A DNA stretch of 63,002 bases, counting the filler, from Parasitella parasitica NRRL 2501 (taxonomy: Eukaryota > Fungi > Mucoromycota): NCBI GenBank assembly GCA_025201805.1. It is 9 parts of 9 records of this genome, joined end to end, with 100 filler letters (N's around TTAATTAATTAA, not from the genome) between each part and the next. Parts side by side here need not be neighbours in the genome. Positions count along the whole stretch, not along the records: positions 1 to 25,610 come from MU619381.1; 8 more parts are not named here. One strand, written 5' to 3'. The first letter of the stretch is position 1. Each line of letters opens with the position of its first letter. Of this stretch, positions 1 to 11,591 are shown one piece after another. The notes beneath the pieces were generated by a model. That model was not told where the DNA came from. It worked only from the letters and a program-made list of their open reading frames with translations, and ran no database searches. A program made the position numbers and the translations under genes.

Positions 1-30
1 GGCAAAAAGTGTTGGAAAAACGAAAGAGAT

Positions 31-103
31 GCGGGTATAGCTCAGCTGGGAGAGCGTTAGACTGAAGATCTAAAGGCCAAGCGTTCGATCCGCTTTACCC
101 GCA
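31..103 (+). tRNA. tRNA-Phe (GAA), intronless
   Basis: Acceptor stem GCGGGTA/TACCCGC plus discriminator A; D-arm AGCTCAGCTGGGAGAGC; anticodon arm TTAGA-CTGAAGA-TCTAA; T-loop GTTCGATC; oligo-T Pol III terminator just downstream. Confidence 0.97.
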
Positions 104-177
104 ATAGCTTTTTTCACTAAAACTGATTTGTAGTGTGTGTAGTACCATTTTCATGGTCTAACGTATCGTATTTTTAC

Positions 178-1480
178 AGAATATTTGGGGGTACCTACAA
201 AATCTGAAAATAAATCTCACAAAAATGATCTAATCAAACTCACAAAAATGACCTAGTCAATCTCACAAAAAAAAAACTAAGGATTATAATAAAAAAGCAT
301 CATGCTTTATGCATGTTGGCGTAGCATATCTACATATAATAAATATACTTCGTTCTTCACTTAGCATCTTTACCACTTAGTTTTTTGGAATTATAAAATC
401 ATGTCTTTATATTTAATCTATCATGCCTAATAGAAACCTTCAACACAACATCACACATACAACTGTGGAAACCCGAGAGAAAATCTGCTTTGACCAATTT
501 ATGGATTATTTTATGACAGTAAAAGAAATCTGTCAAAAATATCGATTAGTTGATAAAACAGTCAGACATATCCTTGATTGATTTCGTAGAACTGACTCTG
601 TTGAATACCGTCCTCGGGGAGGCCCACGAAATATAAAGATTCAGCAAACCCACTCTGAATTTTTAAGAAATATAATCGATAAAGAAGATGAGGGAAACAT
701 TTTGACATTAGAGCAACTGCAGCAAAGACTTACTGACGAGTTCCCAGTAGAGTTTCCTTCAAAAAATGCAATTGGGATTTCTACAATCCAAATACATATA
801 ACTCAGAAGCTGCGCTTGACCCTCAAGAGAACATCGCCAGTGGAAGAAATACAAATAACTGAAAGAATAGCAAGAGTAGAGCGAAAAGATTACTGCATTG
901 GTCTTTCGCTCAAGGGTATTAATTACACGAGAAACTATATTTTTGTTGATAAAAGTGGATTTAATGCTTGTATGGTACCTGGACGTGCGAGATCAGCCAA
1001 AGGAAAGAAGGCCCATGTAATTACAAAGACGAAAAGGGGCAAGAACATTTCAATCATTGGTGCTATTTCAGCAAAAACGGGTTGAATCTTTACAAGCTTT
1101 TATGGTAGATGGTTCTACAAACAGGTTTATCTTTGCTGAATTTATCAAGCAGCGGTTGGAATGGGTTGATAATGTGTACCCACACCAAGAATTCTATTTT
1201 ATTATGGATAATGTAAAATTTCATTAGAGTCCTATTGTACAGGATATTTTTAAACACTCAAAACATAGCTGCCATTTTTTGCCACCATATTCTCCTGTGC
1301 TAAATCCTATAAAAACTAGCTTCAACAAATTGAAAAACTTTGTTAGAAGGAACCCAAAGAAAACAAAGAGACTATCTTGGAGCTCATTAAGGAAGCAGAG
1401 AAGAAAATAACGCCTCAAGACTGTGAAGGATGGGTCCATCATTGTGTCAATAACGTCAATAGATGTATAATAGAGATGTA
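178..1480 (+). mobile_element. Degenerate IS630/Tc1-like (DDE_3) transposon, pseudogenised transposase
   Basis: Fragments 'YIFVDKSGFN...GKNISIIGAIS', 'FIMDNVKFH' and 'FLPPYSPVLNPI' broken by stops/frameshifts; TA|CAG start and ~23-bp tandem repeats (CTCACAAAAATGA) at ~213-270 look like a terminus. Boundaries approximate. Confidence 0.75.
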
Positions 1481-1565
1481 AAATAACAGCTTATTGCACA
1501 TTCAATCTACTTTCAAAATAAAGAAGAATTTTATCGTATCTTGCTTTTTTACACTTTTTTACTGT
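1471..1565. repeat. Dispersed repeat, direct copy at ~41275-41368
   Basis: AGAGATGTAAAATAACAGCTTATTGCACATTCAATCTACTTTCAAAATAAAGAAG... is nearly identical at both sites; weaker similarity continues (~2380-2483 vs ~41555-41635). Confidence 0.85.
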
Positions 1566-1766
1566 TTTTTGCAGCAAATAGTATATTTGTGTAGAAACTG
1601 CATATTTATGTTAATTATCGGTTATTTATTTACTTAAGAAGTTAAATTCCTATTTAATTTTTCTTCATTTGATTACATATGCAGTAAATTTGAAAATAAA
1701 AAAAAATTCGCAAATAAAAGCGACATAAAATTGCAATTATAATCAAGTTTGGGGTTCTTTATTATT

Positions 1767-2040
1767 TATTCTGTTAAAGATATCCTTATCTAGAATGATG
1801 GGAAAACTCATTGAATGACGAGCTGCCATAATTGATATCTTTGTCATTGTTACTCTTATTCTGAATGTCTATTGTGTAAGGGAAAGCACTCTGATCAGGA
1901 GCATTTTCCTTCACACGACATTCATTGATAAGGTCTTAAATTACATTTGTAACCCGTTTTGATTTACATGACTTGATATGTTATGCGAACTCGAATGGCA
2001 CGAATTGACTATGCGTGACATTTGAGTCTTATTTTTTTTA
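1767..2040. repeat. Dispersed repeat, inverted copy at ~52218-52491 (3' flank of the CACTA-like element)
   Basis: TTATTCTGTTAAAGATATCCTTATCTAGAATGATGGGAAAACTC...TTTGAGTCTTATTTTTTTTAG matches the reverse complement of 52218-52491. Confidence 0.9.
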
Positions 2041-3217
2041 GATACTTGCTTTTAGTTATACCATTCCATTGCATGAATGACAGTATCCATGTTGGAATCG
2101 AGATGATATTCAGCCTCCAGTTGATAGGCAAAAACCGACAGTAGATATCACGTAACACGTGGATATATTTAGTTTATTGTGGTGCTCTTGTGCCAGGTCT
2201 CGGATTGGGGACTGCAGGCGATGTATATGATAATAATAAAATGAGAAAAAAATAACTGTTGAACTTAATAGTCTCTATGCTTTCTCATTTTATTATCATG
2301 TACAAGAGCCTGCTTGTTGTGCCAGTGTCAAAGGGCGCAGCGTAATGTTATGTAAATAAAATTTGTATAAAGTAATAAAGACTTTCTGAATAAAACCAGA
2401 TACAAAACTGAAGACTTTTATTGACATAAGATATGATCTCTATTTATACTAAAATATATCCCAATCAATGTTTATCCACATAACATCTGATGTTTGACAA
2501 GAAGTGTCAAACCTTATTAAATCACAGCATTTCCAGGACAGACCTATCTTTCTATTTTACATTAAAGAGAAGATTGGGTAGGATGTCTTCCCGACATCCC
2601 GCGATCTGATCTAGATGTATTCTTTGAATAAGCCTGGAACCTTGCAAGAGGTCCAATTGCAACTTGTAGCTTATTCCTTATTTGTAAAAGAATTACCAAC
2701 AATTAATATCATGATCCGTGCATTATGACTAAGTTAGATATGACATACTGTATGTAGCCTTTATATGGATACAACACTGCTGTGCCCAGTTAAGACCTGA
2801 TACAACATGAAAGACCTACGGGTGACCCTACTTTGTTTTACTGATGACTGATAGCAAGACAAGCAACATGGAGCCATCCAAATATCAGGATGTATGTGAA
2901 TCAATTTTACAAAAATTTGTTCGCTCATGATTCTCTTATTTTATCTGCTCTATCGTTTCCAATGTCGAGGAGAGGTATTTCCAAAAATGTCAGCTACTAG
3001 GGACTGAATAATATTAAGCTTTTTAAAGCGCCTGATGGCTTGGTTTCTATGTCTTCCAAAGCTCTTTTTTTGCTATCAAGATATGGCTCAACGGTTGTAA
3101 AATTCAATCAAGCAAGCTTGCTTATATATTTAGGATTGCAGGGCACAAATGGTGAGATGAATAAATTTACAGTTCCTTATTGGATAATGAACATAGTCAT
3201 CTTATAGCTTTAAGTTA

Positions 3218-4820
3218 CACTATTTTCAGAAATTATTGGGACATTTTAGAACAAATATTGGGACTATCTGTCATTAAATTTGGGACAAATCCAGAAATGA
3301 TTTGGGACATTAGCCTAATAAATATTGGGACACTTCTGGAAAAAACATTGAGACATTTTCAGAGAAAGTAAAATTCATTTATTACAAAGGCTCTTTCGCT
3401 AAACAAACATCGAATTTCTTAACAGAGTAGCGAGCAGAACCTTCAAGATCACTGTACAATACATCATTGCATGCATCGGTAATCCTGGTCGAAAGTGTTT
3501 CAGTTTTCAAGAGCCTCTCCCTCTTGAGCTTACTCTTGACCACATGCCAGAATTGCTCAATAGGATTAAGCTCAGGGGAGTATGGTGGGAGGTAAACACA
3601 TCTGTAACCTCGCTGAATGATATACCTCTCAATATCCTTGGCTGTATGGATGGGTGCATTATCCATAATAAGATAAAAATCTTTGAATTGCTCATGCTGG
3701 TCCATGATGTCCATCGTTTTCGCAACAAAATTAAAGTAATGGCCAGTTACAGTACCCACAGTTGTTGTTGCTTTTCCAGAAGACGTGCCAGCCAACTTTC
3801 TTTTCTTGTTGGATGTTCCAGGCAGCCTCACTTGAACATTCAACACCCCCCCCACACGCTAGTTGCACCAAGAATAGTGGTAGTCTTCGCTCTTGTTTGA
3901 GGGACAGGCACTTCAGCTCGAGTTCCTTTCTCTGACCAAGCCATTGTTCGCTTTAAATTGATATGAAAAGCTGACTCATCAATGAAAACACAATTGGACA
4001 TGTAATCNNNNNNNNNNNNNNNNNNNNNNNNNNNNNNNNNNNNNNNNNNNNNNNNNNNNNNNNNNNNNNNNNNNNNNNNNNNNNNNNNNNNNNNNNNNNN
4101 NNNNNNNNNNNNNNNNNNNNNNNNNNNNNNNNNNNNNNNNNNNNNNNNNNNNNNNNNNNNNNNNNNNNNNNNNNNNNNNNNNNNNNNNNNNNNNNNNNNN
4201 NNNNNNNNNNNNNNNNNNNNNNNNNNNNNNNNNNNNNNNNNNTAACCTTTCTTTGATCCTCTGCGTACCATCTATAAGCGGTCGTCCTTGATATATGACC
4301 ATGCGCTTTCCAAGCTTGATTAGGATTCATGCCATGGTCGTAGATAAGAATAAAAAATCTTGCTTTGTCTTTATCTGTGTAGCTGTTGTATTCAGCCTTG
4401 GGTTCATTCTTTTTATTTTTAATCTTTTTCTCCTTTACTGCGGTCAAGTCTCTTTCAGGTGGTTTCCTATCGACGTAAGTATTGTAGTTGGTAATGTTGC
4501 CGAGAGGGAAGGCTTCGTCGTCTACATCCATCTCGACAGCTTCGTTTCCATGCTCATCGACTGGAGCATTTATTCCATCTTCATAGTAAATTCTGATATC
4601 TGACATGTTATGAATAACGAAGAAATCAATTATGATTTCATCTCCAATCCCATTTAGTTTTGTCTCATTATAATTTCCAAAAGGGTTCCAATATTAATTA
4701 GGCAAGTGTTCCAAAACAGTTCAAGATTTGTCCCAAATTTAATGACAGATAGTCCCAATATTTGTTGAGAATTTGTACAAATTTTTTTTTAAAATGTCCC
4801 AATAATTTCTGAAAATAGTG
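3218..4820 (-). mobile_element. IS630/Tc1-mariner DNA transposon (DD34E) with TIRs and TA duplication
   Basis: TA|CACTATTTTCAGAAATTATTGGGACATTTT ... AAAATGTCCCAATAATTTCTGAAAATAGTG|TA; subterminal TTGGGAC repeats; transposase 4606->3382 with FIDES, MDNAPIH and LPPYSPELNPIE (34 residues D to E); frameshift in a G-run near 3845-3853; internal N gap. Confidence 0.93.
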
Positions 4821-4890
4821 TATTTGTTGGTGTCGTTAGATAGAATGGGCTGGAAAAAAGAGTGTTCATTAGCAGGCAGTATTATTATCA

Positions 4891-4944
<54 letters not shown>

Positions 4945-5327
4945 AATAACAACCGATTGCATATTGGTGCTTATCTATTTTTCTTATTTTGTTTACTTAA
5001 TGAGGCATAAAAACCTCAATCTTGTCGCTTTTCTATCTTCCTTCTTTCCATAATTATTTCCCTGTGCCTACAGATACAACGTTTTAAGACAAACCAGCAG
5101 TAGTGGCCTGGTATGCTTTTTATACTTAATCTAACTCATGCAAGCTCAATTCAACTAACATTATATTTAGTTGGTTTTAATAAATATCTTTAATTTATCT
5201 ACATTCTTATTACATCGATAATCTGCTTTGCTGTTGACTTCTTAGTGTACTTCTAGACTTAAATATTAGTACATAAAGGAAAAAGCAACTCAACACACTC
5301 TCTTCTTCATGTATCATTTTGATAGGC

Positions 5328-7649
5328 TTAATTGTTTTTTTTAGCCTTTGTAGGAGTTAAATATATATTTGGTGACAGTTCTTTTGAAGCACTACCAGCA
5401 TCATCAGTACCACTAGCGATGCTCAAAAAAAAGTCGTCGTCTTCTTTTGCAATCACCCCTGTTAAGATTGTATCCTGTAACTTGGTATGATGATTTTTCC
5501 AAATATACAAGTTTTTGAGCGTGGCTATGAACGAAGGCAATTGATGTAGATATTCTGGTATGGAAAGATTGTTGGTGTGTTTGGCTACGTAGATATTATT
5601 GATTTTCTTTACAGCAAACATGTAACCACGTGGGCCTATGAATTTTTTAAATAGTCAACAACCCTATTATTTAGATATATGTATGTGTATGTGCTAGAAA
5701 CAGTAGGGAATCAGCTTACCAACCCAGTCCATACCAAGCGTATAAACATTTTTAGAATCATTTTCAGAAAGGGGTAATTCAAGAAGTCTACTAAGAATGG
5801 CTTTGTTCATTCTAATATTTTTTGCTTGCTGAATCAGGCATTGCTCCTGAGTAACTTTCTTTCGCTTCCATTCGTTAGTTGATAGTTCAATATTTCTTGT
5901 TGACAATAAAAGGTCGATTCGACGACCGAAGCCTCGATTTAAAGGTATGCTATTTCCATAGATGTTTTCATGGTCTTTTGCAATAGACTTGCTAGCTTTA
6001 CTTGTTGTTTCGCCACTATAGGGAATAGGCAAATAAGTACATTTCGAGGCAACGTTAATAAAAGGACTTTTATGTTATCTACTTACTCTAGCAAGTTCAA
6101 GTTCGAATCTTTCAGTAGAATATCCAGAATGGATGCCACTTTTCTATAGCATGTCAGTTCTGAATCATTCTCGTTTGGCTTTAACGTATCGTCAGCTATA
6201 ACATTTCTAGCTATGATTTCCATTATGTCTAAAACTGCAGTAATGTCGTCCTCATTCTCCTCAATTGCCTTAACTTTTTCTTTTGCAATGGTCAATCTTA
6301 ACTGCTTGAGAGCAAGCCTACCTTTTGTATTTTTGCTAAGCTAATAAAGGAAGAAAGTCAGTGACTGCTTTCATAAAATAATTACAACTTACCTGAATCA
6401 TACGGTTAAAGGTCTCCTCCGATGTAACGGACATTGCAGGCGCGAGCTCTATATTTACACTGTTGACCTCTTCCCAAAATGATTCGTTTTTGACATATTT
6501 TTGAAAAACTTTCAAAGTGCTAGAGTTGACGAGACTCACAGTTTTTGATAGAGAGAGTCTAAGAAAAAAGAGATATAATGTTAAGCGTTAAAAGAGTAAT
6601 GGTTTTAAATGTTTACTTACTTCAAGGCGTTTACTTCATTAATGTCTCCATCATTAAGATCAAGTATCAATTTAGTTGACATGAGATCCAGTTCTTCGGC
6701 CATTGTGGTAGGTTTTAAATTTTTTGCCATTTTTTTGAGAGTGGAGATTTCTATTTGGCTTAAAGAACCATGGAGCTATATTAATTGTAAATATAAAAAA
6801 TTAGCGACCTAATAACATAGTTATTTCTCTAGATGAATGATTTACCCTTTTTGCTCCAAGAAAATATACCTCGTGGCGAACTTGCGATGCTAAGATGATC
6901 GGTCTGTTGACGGAGTCATAAAGTATATCTGTTTGATTTATTTTTCCTACAAAGTAAAATCTTGTCAGAAAAAGACATCAAGTTTTAAAGTAGGATATAC
7001 ATACTTTTATTTGCTGCATTTCCTGTTGGAAGCGGATTCTATATATAAAAAAATCACAAAGAAGTTATTTTATGCTTACAAACATAGCTGTTGTCTTTTA
7101 TGTATTTACAAAAAGGTCATCGATCTCGTCTCTACATCATTTAAGAAACTTTTTTAGCCTTTAAATTAATTTTAAAAGTTGTGGTTATTTGCCCAAATAC
7201 CTCAATTTTTGTCTTTCTTCAACAGTTCTTTCAGTAGTTTGTCTTTCAATAGTGGTATTGCTTGACGAAGCGCCAAAACTAATATTGCTTGATATCACAT
7301 TGCCGGTTATTTTTATACAGTTACTTGACTCATCCTTAGCAAGACATTGTTACAAATTAATGTTTAGTGACTTAACCGTTTGCTATAAATTTCTTTTACG
7401 TACCTGGTTTTTATCTTTGTTTTCACTTTCTTTGACAATATTGTTTACAGAGTCTTTTAATTCCTCACTGATTGATGGATCCCTTGCAATGCTTTTCAGA
7501 TGGTATAAAAATGTACTTTCGAGGGCTTTTTTGCTCTTTTGTGAATGTTTTTCTTCGTAATATTTAATGTAGTTAGACAAATCCCATTCAGAAAGAGGGT
7601 GTTCTGAGAAAAAACTATCTTTTGATTTAAGATGTTTATAGTTGTGCAT
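5328..7649 (-). CDS. Multi-exon hypothetical protein with C-terminal PD-(D/E)xK restriction-endonuclease-like domain (repeat/TE-associated family)
   Basis: Colinear minus-strand exons (7649-7383, 6539-, 6295-6083, 6032-5720, 5621-5328) separated by GT-AG introns; motif 'GE...SKAS...GRRIDLLL....ELSTNEWK' fits E..D..ExK. Exon structure and start are approximate; family call is from motif recognition only. Confidence 0.6.
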
Positions 7650-7847
7650 AGGTACAGTATCGATGATGCTTTTGAGAAACTAGACTCTTTAACAAAACTC
7701 ATAAACCTTGTGCAACGCGTTGTTACAATTGCCTAATAATATATTCTCCGACACATACGTCACCATCTCAACAATTCAAACACGATAGAAAAAAAAAGAA
7801 AAGATAAGGCTTTTCATCTCTTCTGTAAGAATCAGCAAAACATTGCT

Positions 7848-8355
7848 CAGGCTAGGACTCTTCACCTCATATTCAACCATGAGGTAAGTTTCGACAACCC
7901 AGCTTCTTTTTATCGTTTAGGGATTCCTTTTGGGAACTTAAGATAAAAGATGCCCGCCTGCTTAACACAGCATAAGCTAGACTTGGCTACTTATCCCTTG
8001 AGAAGCGACAACCCCACTTATTTGTAAGAACATCGCTTCCAACAAGCTTTGTTGTTTATGAATATGTTCGTCTAGGTGCTAATATTACCAATGTTTTGAT
8101 TGCAAAAGCAAGGAGACAGGCTAGGACTCTTCACCTCATATTCAACCATGAGGTAAGTTTCGACAACCCAGCTTCTTTTTATCGTTTAGGGATTCCTTTT
8201 GGGAACTTAAGATAAAAGATGCCCGCCTGCTTAACACAGCATAAGCTAGACTTTGCTACTTATCCCTTGAGAAGCGACAACCCCACTTATTTGTAAGAAC
8301 ATCGCTTCCAACAAGCTTTGTTGTTTATGAATATGTCCGTCTAGGTGTTAATATT
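7848..8355. repeat. Two 239-bp direct repeats (7848-8086, 8117-8355) with 30-bp spacer; candidate structured ncRNA pair
   Basis: Copies differ at 3 positions by my comparison; multiple internal hairpins; each copy is flanked by its own inverted repeat. Confidence 0.9.
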
Positions 8356-9459
8356 TCTTCTTGCAACTGGTTCAAAAAAAAAAATTCGCTTACGGCCACG
8401 TGCAGGTAATACGTTTTATACTCAATCTTGGTATGCAATGTGATGGAACTAATGTTGTTTTTTTCTTTTTTACCCATACGAGAACGCTTCTCTCTGCAAC
8501 GCTTTGGTTGGGTTCTTTTGCAAGGAAAAGCTTGAAGATCTCTGTCTTAAGTAGTTTACAGCAAGCTCATTTCTAGTAACCTTTAGACTTTGGCATCGAT
8601 GGCATAGGTGGTTTTTAGCGTTTTTGGGTAAGCACATTAGCCCCTGGAAATGAAGAGAAAAGGAGCAGAAACATCAAGGTTACCCTGATGACTGAACAAA
8701 CGTTGAATGAGCGACTTTTTCATTTTGAACATCCAACTACTTGGCCACATAAACGACAAAGACAAAGCAATAACAAAGTCTAAAGAAAAAGAGTTCAAGA
8801 ATATAAAAATGAAGTGTGTACTGGCTGCATCTGTATCTACTTAGTATTGTTTAAATTTACAATAAACATAAACTTAGAATTGGGTAAATCACTTATAATT
8901 TGAGTCCTTTTAGATCTATTGAACCTAAGTTGATAGATTACTGCCGCTACTCCTGATTTACAATGGTTGATCTATTATATTTAGAACTTTGTACTTTCTA
9001 TAGGGATAAACTAGGATATATAGATGTATGTATAGATGATGCGTCATCGCAGTTTTGTTAATTAATTAAAAAAGATAGGAAGAGGCACTTGTATATAATC
9101 TGAGACTGTATTGAAACTTTCTTAGTAGAGTATCTTTGTTTGAATAGAGCCTTTTCAATATGTAAAATGTAGACCCACCATTTTGCTTACAATTTTTTTA
9201 ATCAGCAGGATTGAATTTTATATCGCAAGAAAAGAATAAATATTAATAATCTTGGGAACAATAAAGCTCAAGTCTTTAGTTCTAGTAAGTATCCTAGTCA
9301 TCCGAGACTTTAAACTCAAAAAAGATACTATTCTTCAAATAATTGCAGACGCTAGCAACCAAGTTGCTCAATCATCTTTTGAAGGGTTTGCGCGCTATTC
9401 TAATAGGCGTTTTGATGACTGCCTTGCAGGCCGTCCTATTTAATAAACAATTATATATA

Positions 9460-9610
9460 CAGTACGACATCTTTTTCTTAAAAGGCACGACACTCTTCTC
9501 TTGAATCGTGCGACACTGTTTTTTTATAAAGTGCGACACTCTTTTCTAAAAACATACGACACTCTTTTTTTTAAAAGCGCGACACTTTAACTTTTTTTTT
9601 TGCGACATCA
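9460..9610. repeat. Array of ~7 CGACAC/CGACAT motifs at ~22-nt spacing, probable orphan Tc1-like terminus
   Basis: Starts TA|CAGTA; repeated [A/G]CGACACT(C)TTTT units resemble subterminal transposase-binding repeats. Confidence 0.55.
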
Positions 9611-10119
9611 TTTTGGCAGAAGGTGTAATCGTGTCCCAACTCAATTTGGAAATGACCAAAATTTATTTTCATTGGCCCAACCTAGTTTCGTCAACTGTAT
9701 AGGTGTATATGACCATTTAGATAGATGTTGTTGCTAGTAAAACTTAATACTGAACTCATTAATTAGCATCAAATGTGTCTCGTTCCTCAGTTCTTGAAGA
9801 ATACATTACATACAAATCAAAATTTACTGAAATTGAACTATTATCGAAACGTCAGTTGGCGTTATCAGGAAATTTATTTCTCAACCTTAAGCTCTTATGT
9901 TTCGAGTTAGTTAGTTGTCATTTCTATGTCTAGTGGTTGTAATTCTCTGGATTTCGATCATTATTATGTACGGTAGTCGACCTTGGGCATATGTAAGTGT
10001 ATCACACAACATAGATGACGTACGCGACAGATGGGCGGAACTTGACATTAGAAAAGTCGTATGTGGTGCTTTAGCCGCGCGTCCTTTATCTCTTTTTCCA
10101 TTTATCTACAATTTTTAAT

Positions 10120-10959
10120 ATGGAATTTGCCAACCCAATGGAAGCTACCTCAGTACCTATCGAACACAGATTTGAACCTTACGATGATAATGGAGGGTAA
10201 AGAATTACTGAATCAGTGAATCAGTAAATCATTGATAACATGTCGAGAACATTGATTGACGCCTTTTTTTCTTTCTTTCATGAACAGTACCTCTTTAGCC
10301 ATCGCAGGAAAAGATTTTTGTGTCATTGCTTCTGATACCAGACAAAGCACCGGGTACAGTATCAATTCTAGATATGCGCCCAAGGCGTATAAATTATCAG
10401 AGTCGTCTGTGATTGCCATGAATGGATTTCATGCTGACGGCCTAACTTTAAAGAAAGTGCTCGATCAAAGACTTAAGGTAACACTTAGAAGGTCCGAGTA
10501 TGCAGACAAATCAAGTACTAAGTATATCTTTAGTGGTATAAATTCAGTCATGAGAAAGACATGTCTGTTACGGCTGTAGCACAAATGTTATCCATCACGC
10601 TGTACCAAAAACGTTTCTTCCCTTACTATAGTTTCTGCGTTTTGGGAGGTGTCGATGAAAATGGTAGAGGAGCGGTTTATTGCTACGATGCTATTGGATC
10701 ATTTGAACGTGAAATGTGTCGTGCCAATGGCTCAGCATCAGCACTTATTCAACCTTTCTTGGATAATCAGGTTGGCAAGAAGAACATGGCAAATAAAAAG
10801 TTTGAAGATATGGAATTGGACGAAGTTCTCAAAATCGTAAAGGATGCATTTACTTCTGCTACAGAGCGTGATATTTATACCGGTGATAACCTTCAAATTT
10901 TTATTATTCGTAAAGATCAGCCTGTTGAAGTACAACTTCATCCTTTGAAGAGAGATTAA
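10120..10959 (+). CDS. PRE7: 20S proteasome subunit beta type-6 (PSMB1/PRE7), 3 exons
   Basis: RFEPYDDNGG|TSLAIAGKDFCVIASDTRQS, LYQKRFFPYY, AFTSATERDIYTGD, C-terminal LKRD. Confidence 0.95.
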
Positions 10960-11591
10960 AGACAGATAATAAAAACAGCAACAAAAAATAGTAATAAATG
11001 ATATAAAAAAAAAATTCATAAAGGAGAGAGAGAGTGATCTTGTTTAATAATGATAGACATTGTTGTCTGTATAATTATAAGGCTTCGAAGTAAATGTACA
11101 ATAGTCTTTCGAATGAAAAGGTGCTAGAGAAAGGAGGTTCTGTTCTTAGTTGTGTGTTTTGCCTCTTTGCAGGCAAATTGTCACACGCTATCGGCAGCCG
11201 CTTCATACTTGACAGTTTGCCATCTTCATAATTGGTGTATGCATTGCCTGCATAAAAGTTATTGATATCATCCTGTCTTTGGCTGTCTTTGTTATTTGAT
11301 AAGAATGAAAGATTGCTGCTGCTGTATACTGAAAAGTCAACATTGAATTTTATGGTTATCACATCCACCATCATCCTTTCTCTTCTCCACATGTTGCTTT
11401 CTGCTTCTTTAATAATTAAATTGTAAGACATCATTTTCATGGAAATAGATTTGTTTGTCCCTGGGTTTGAATAGCCTGAGAGATAGGCAGCTTGCATTCT
11501 TGTGAAAGCACGCCAAACTATCAACATGTTTGATAAAGTTTATTACAAGCAATGCAGCTATTTCGATTGGTATAGACATCTATACCTCAAT

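Noticed and set aside
4894-4942. 49-nt poly(A) run and poly-Lys ORF
   Set aside because: Homopolymer with no identifiable retro-element body or TSD; the ORF is spurious.
5328-7649. Fanzor/TnpB identity for the TE-embedded gene
   Set aside because: No RuvC D-E-D motifs or zinc finger seen; the motifs fit PD-(D/E)xK instead.
7848-8355. CRISPR array, TRIM/LTR pair or hammerhead reading of the 239-bp repeats
   Set aside because: Repeats are far too long for CRISPR and there are no cas genes; no TG..CA ends, PBS or TSD; the minus strand has CGAAAC...GTC but no CTGANGA core.
11075-11527. 150-aa minus-strand ORF between PRE7 and snurportin-1
   Set aside because: No recognisable motifs; cannot be supported as a gene without expression or homology data.
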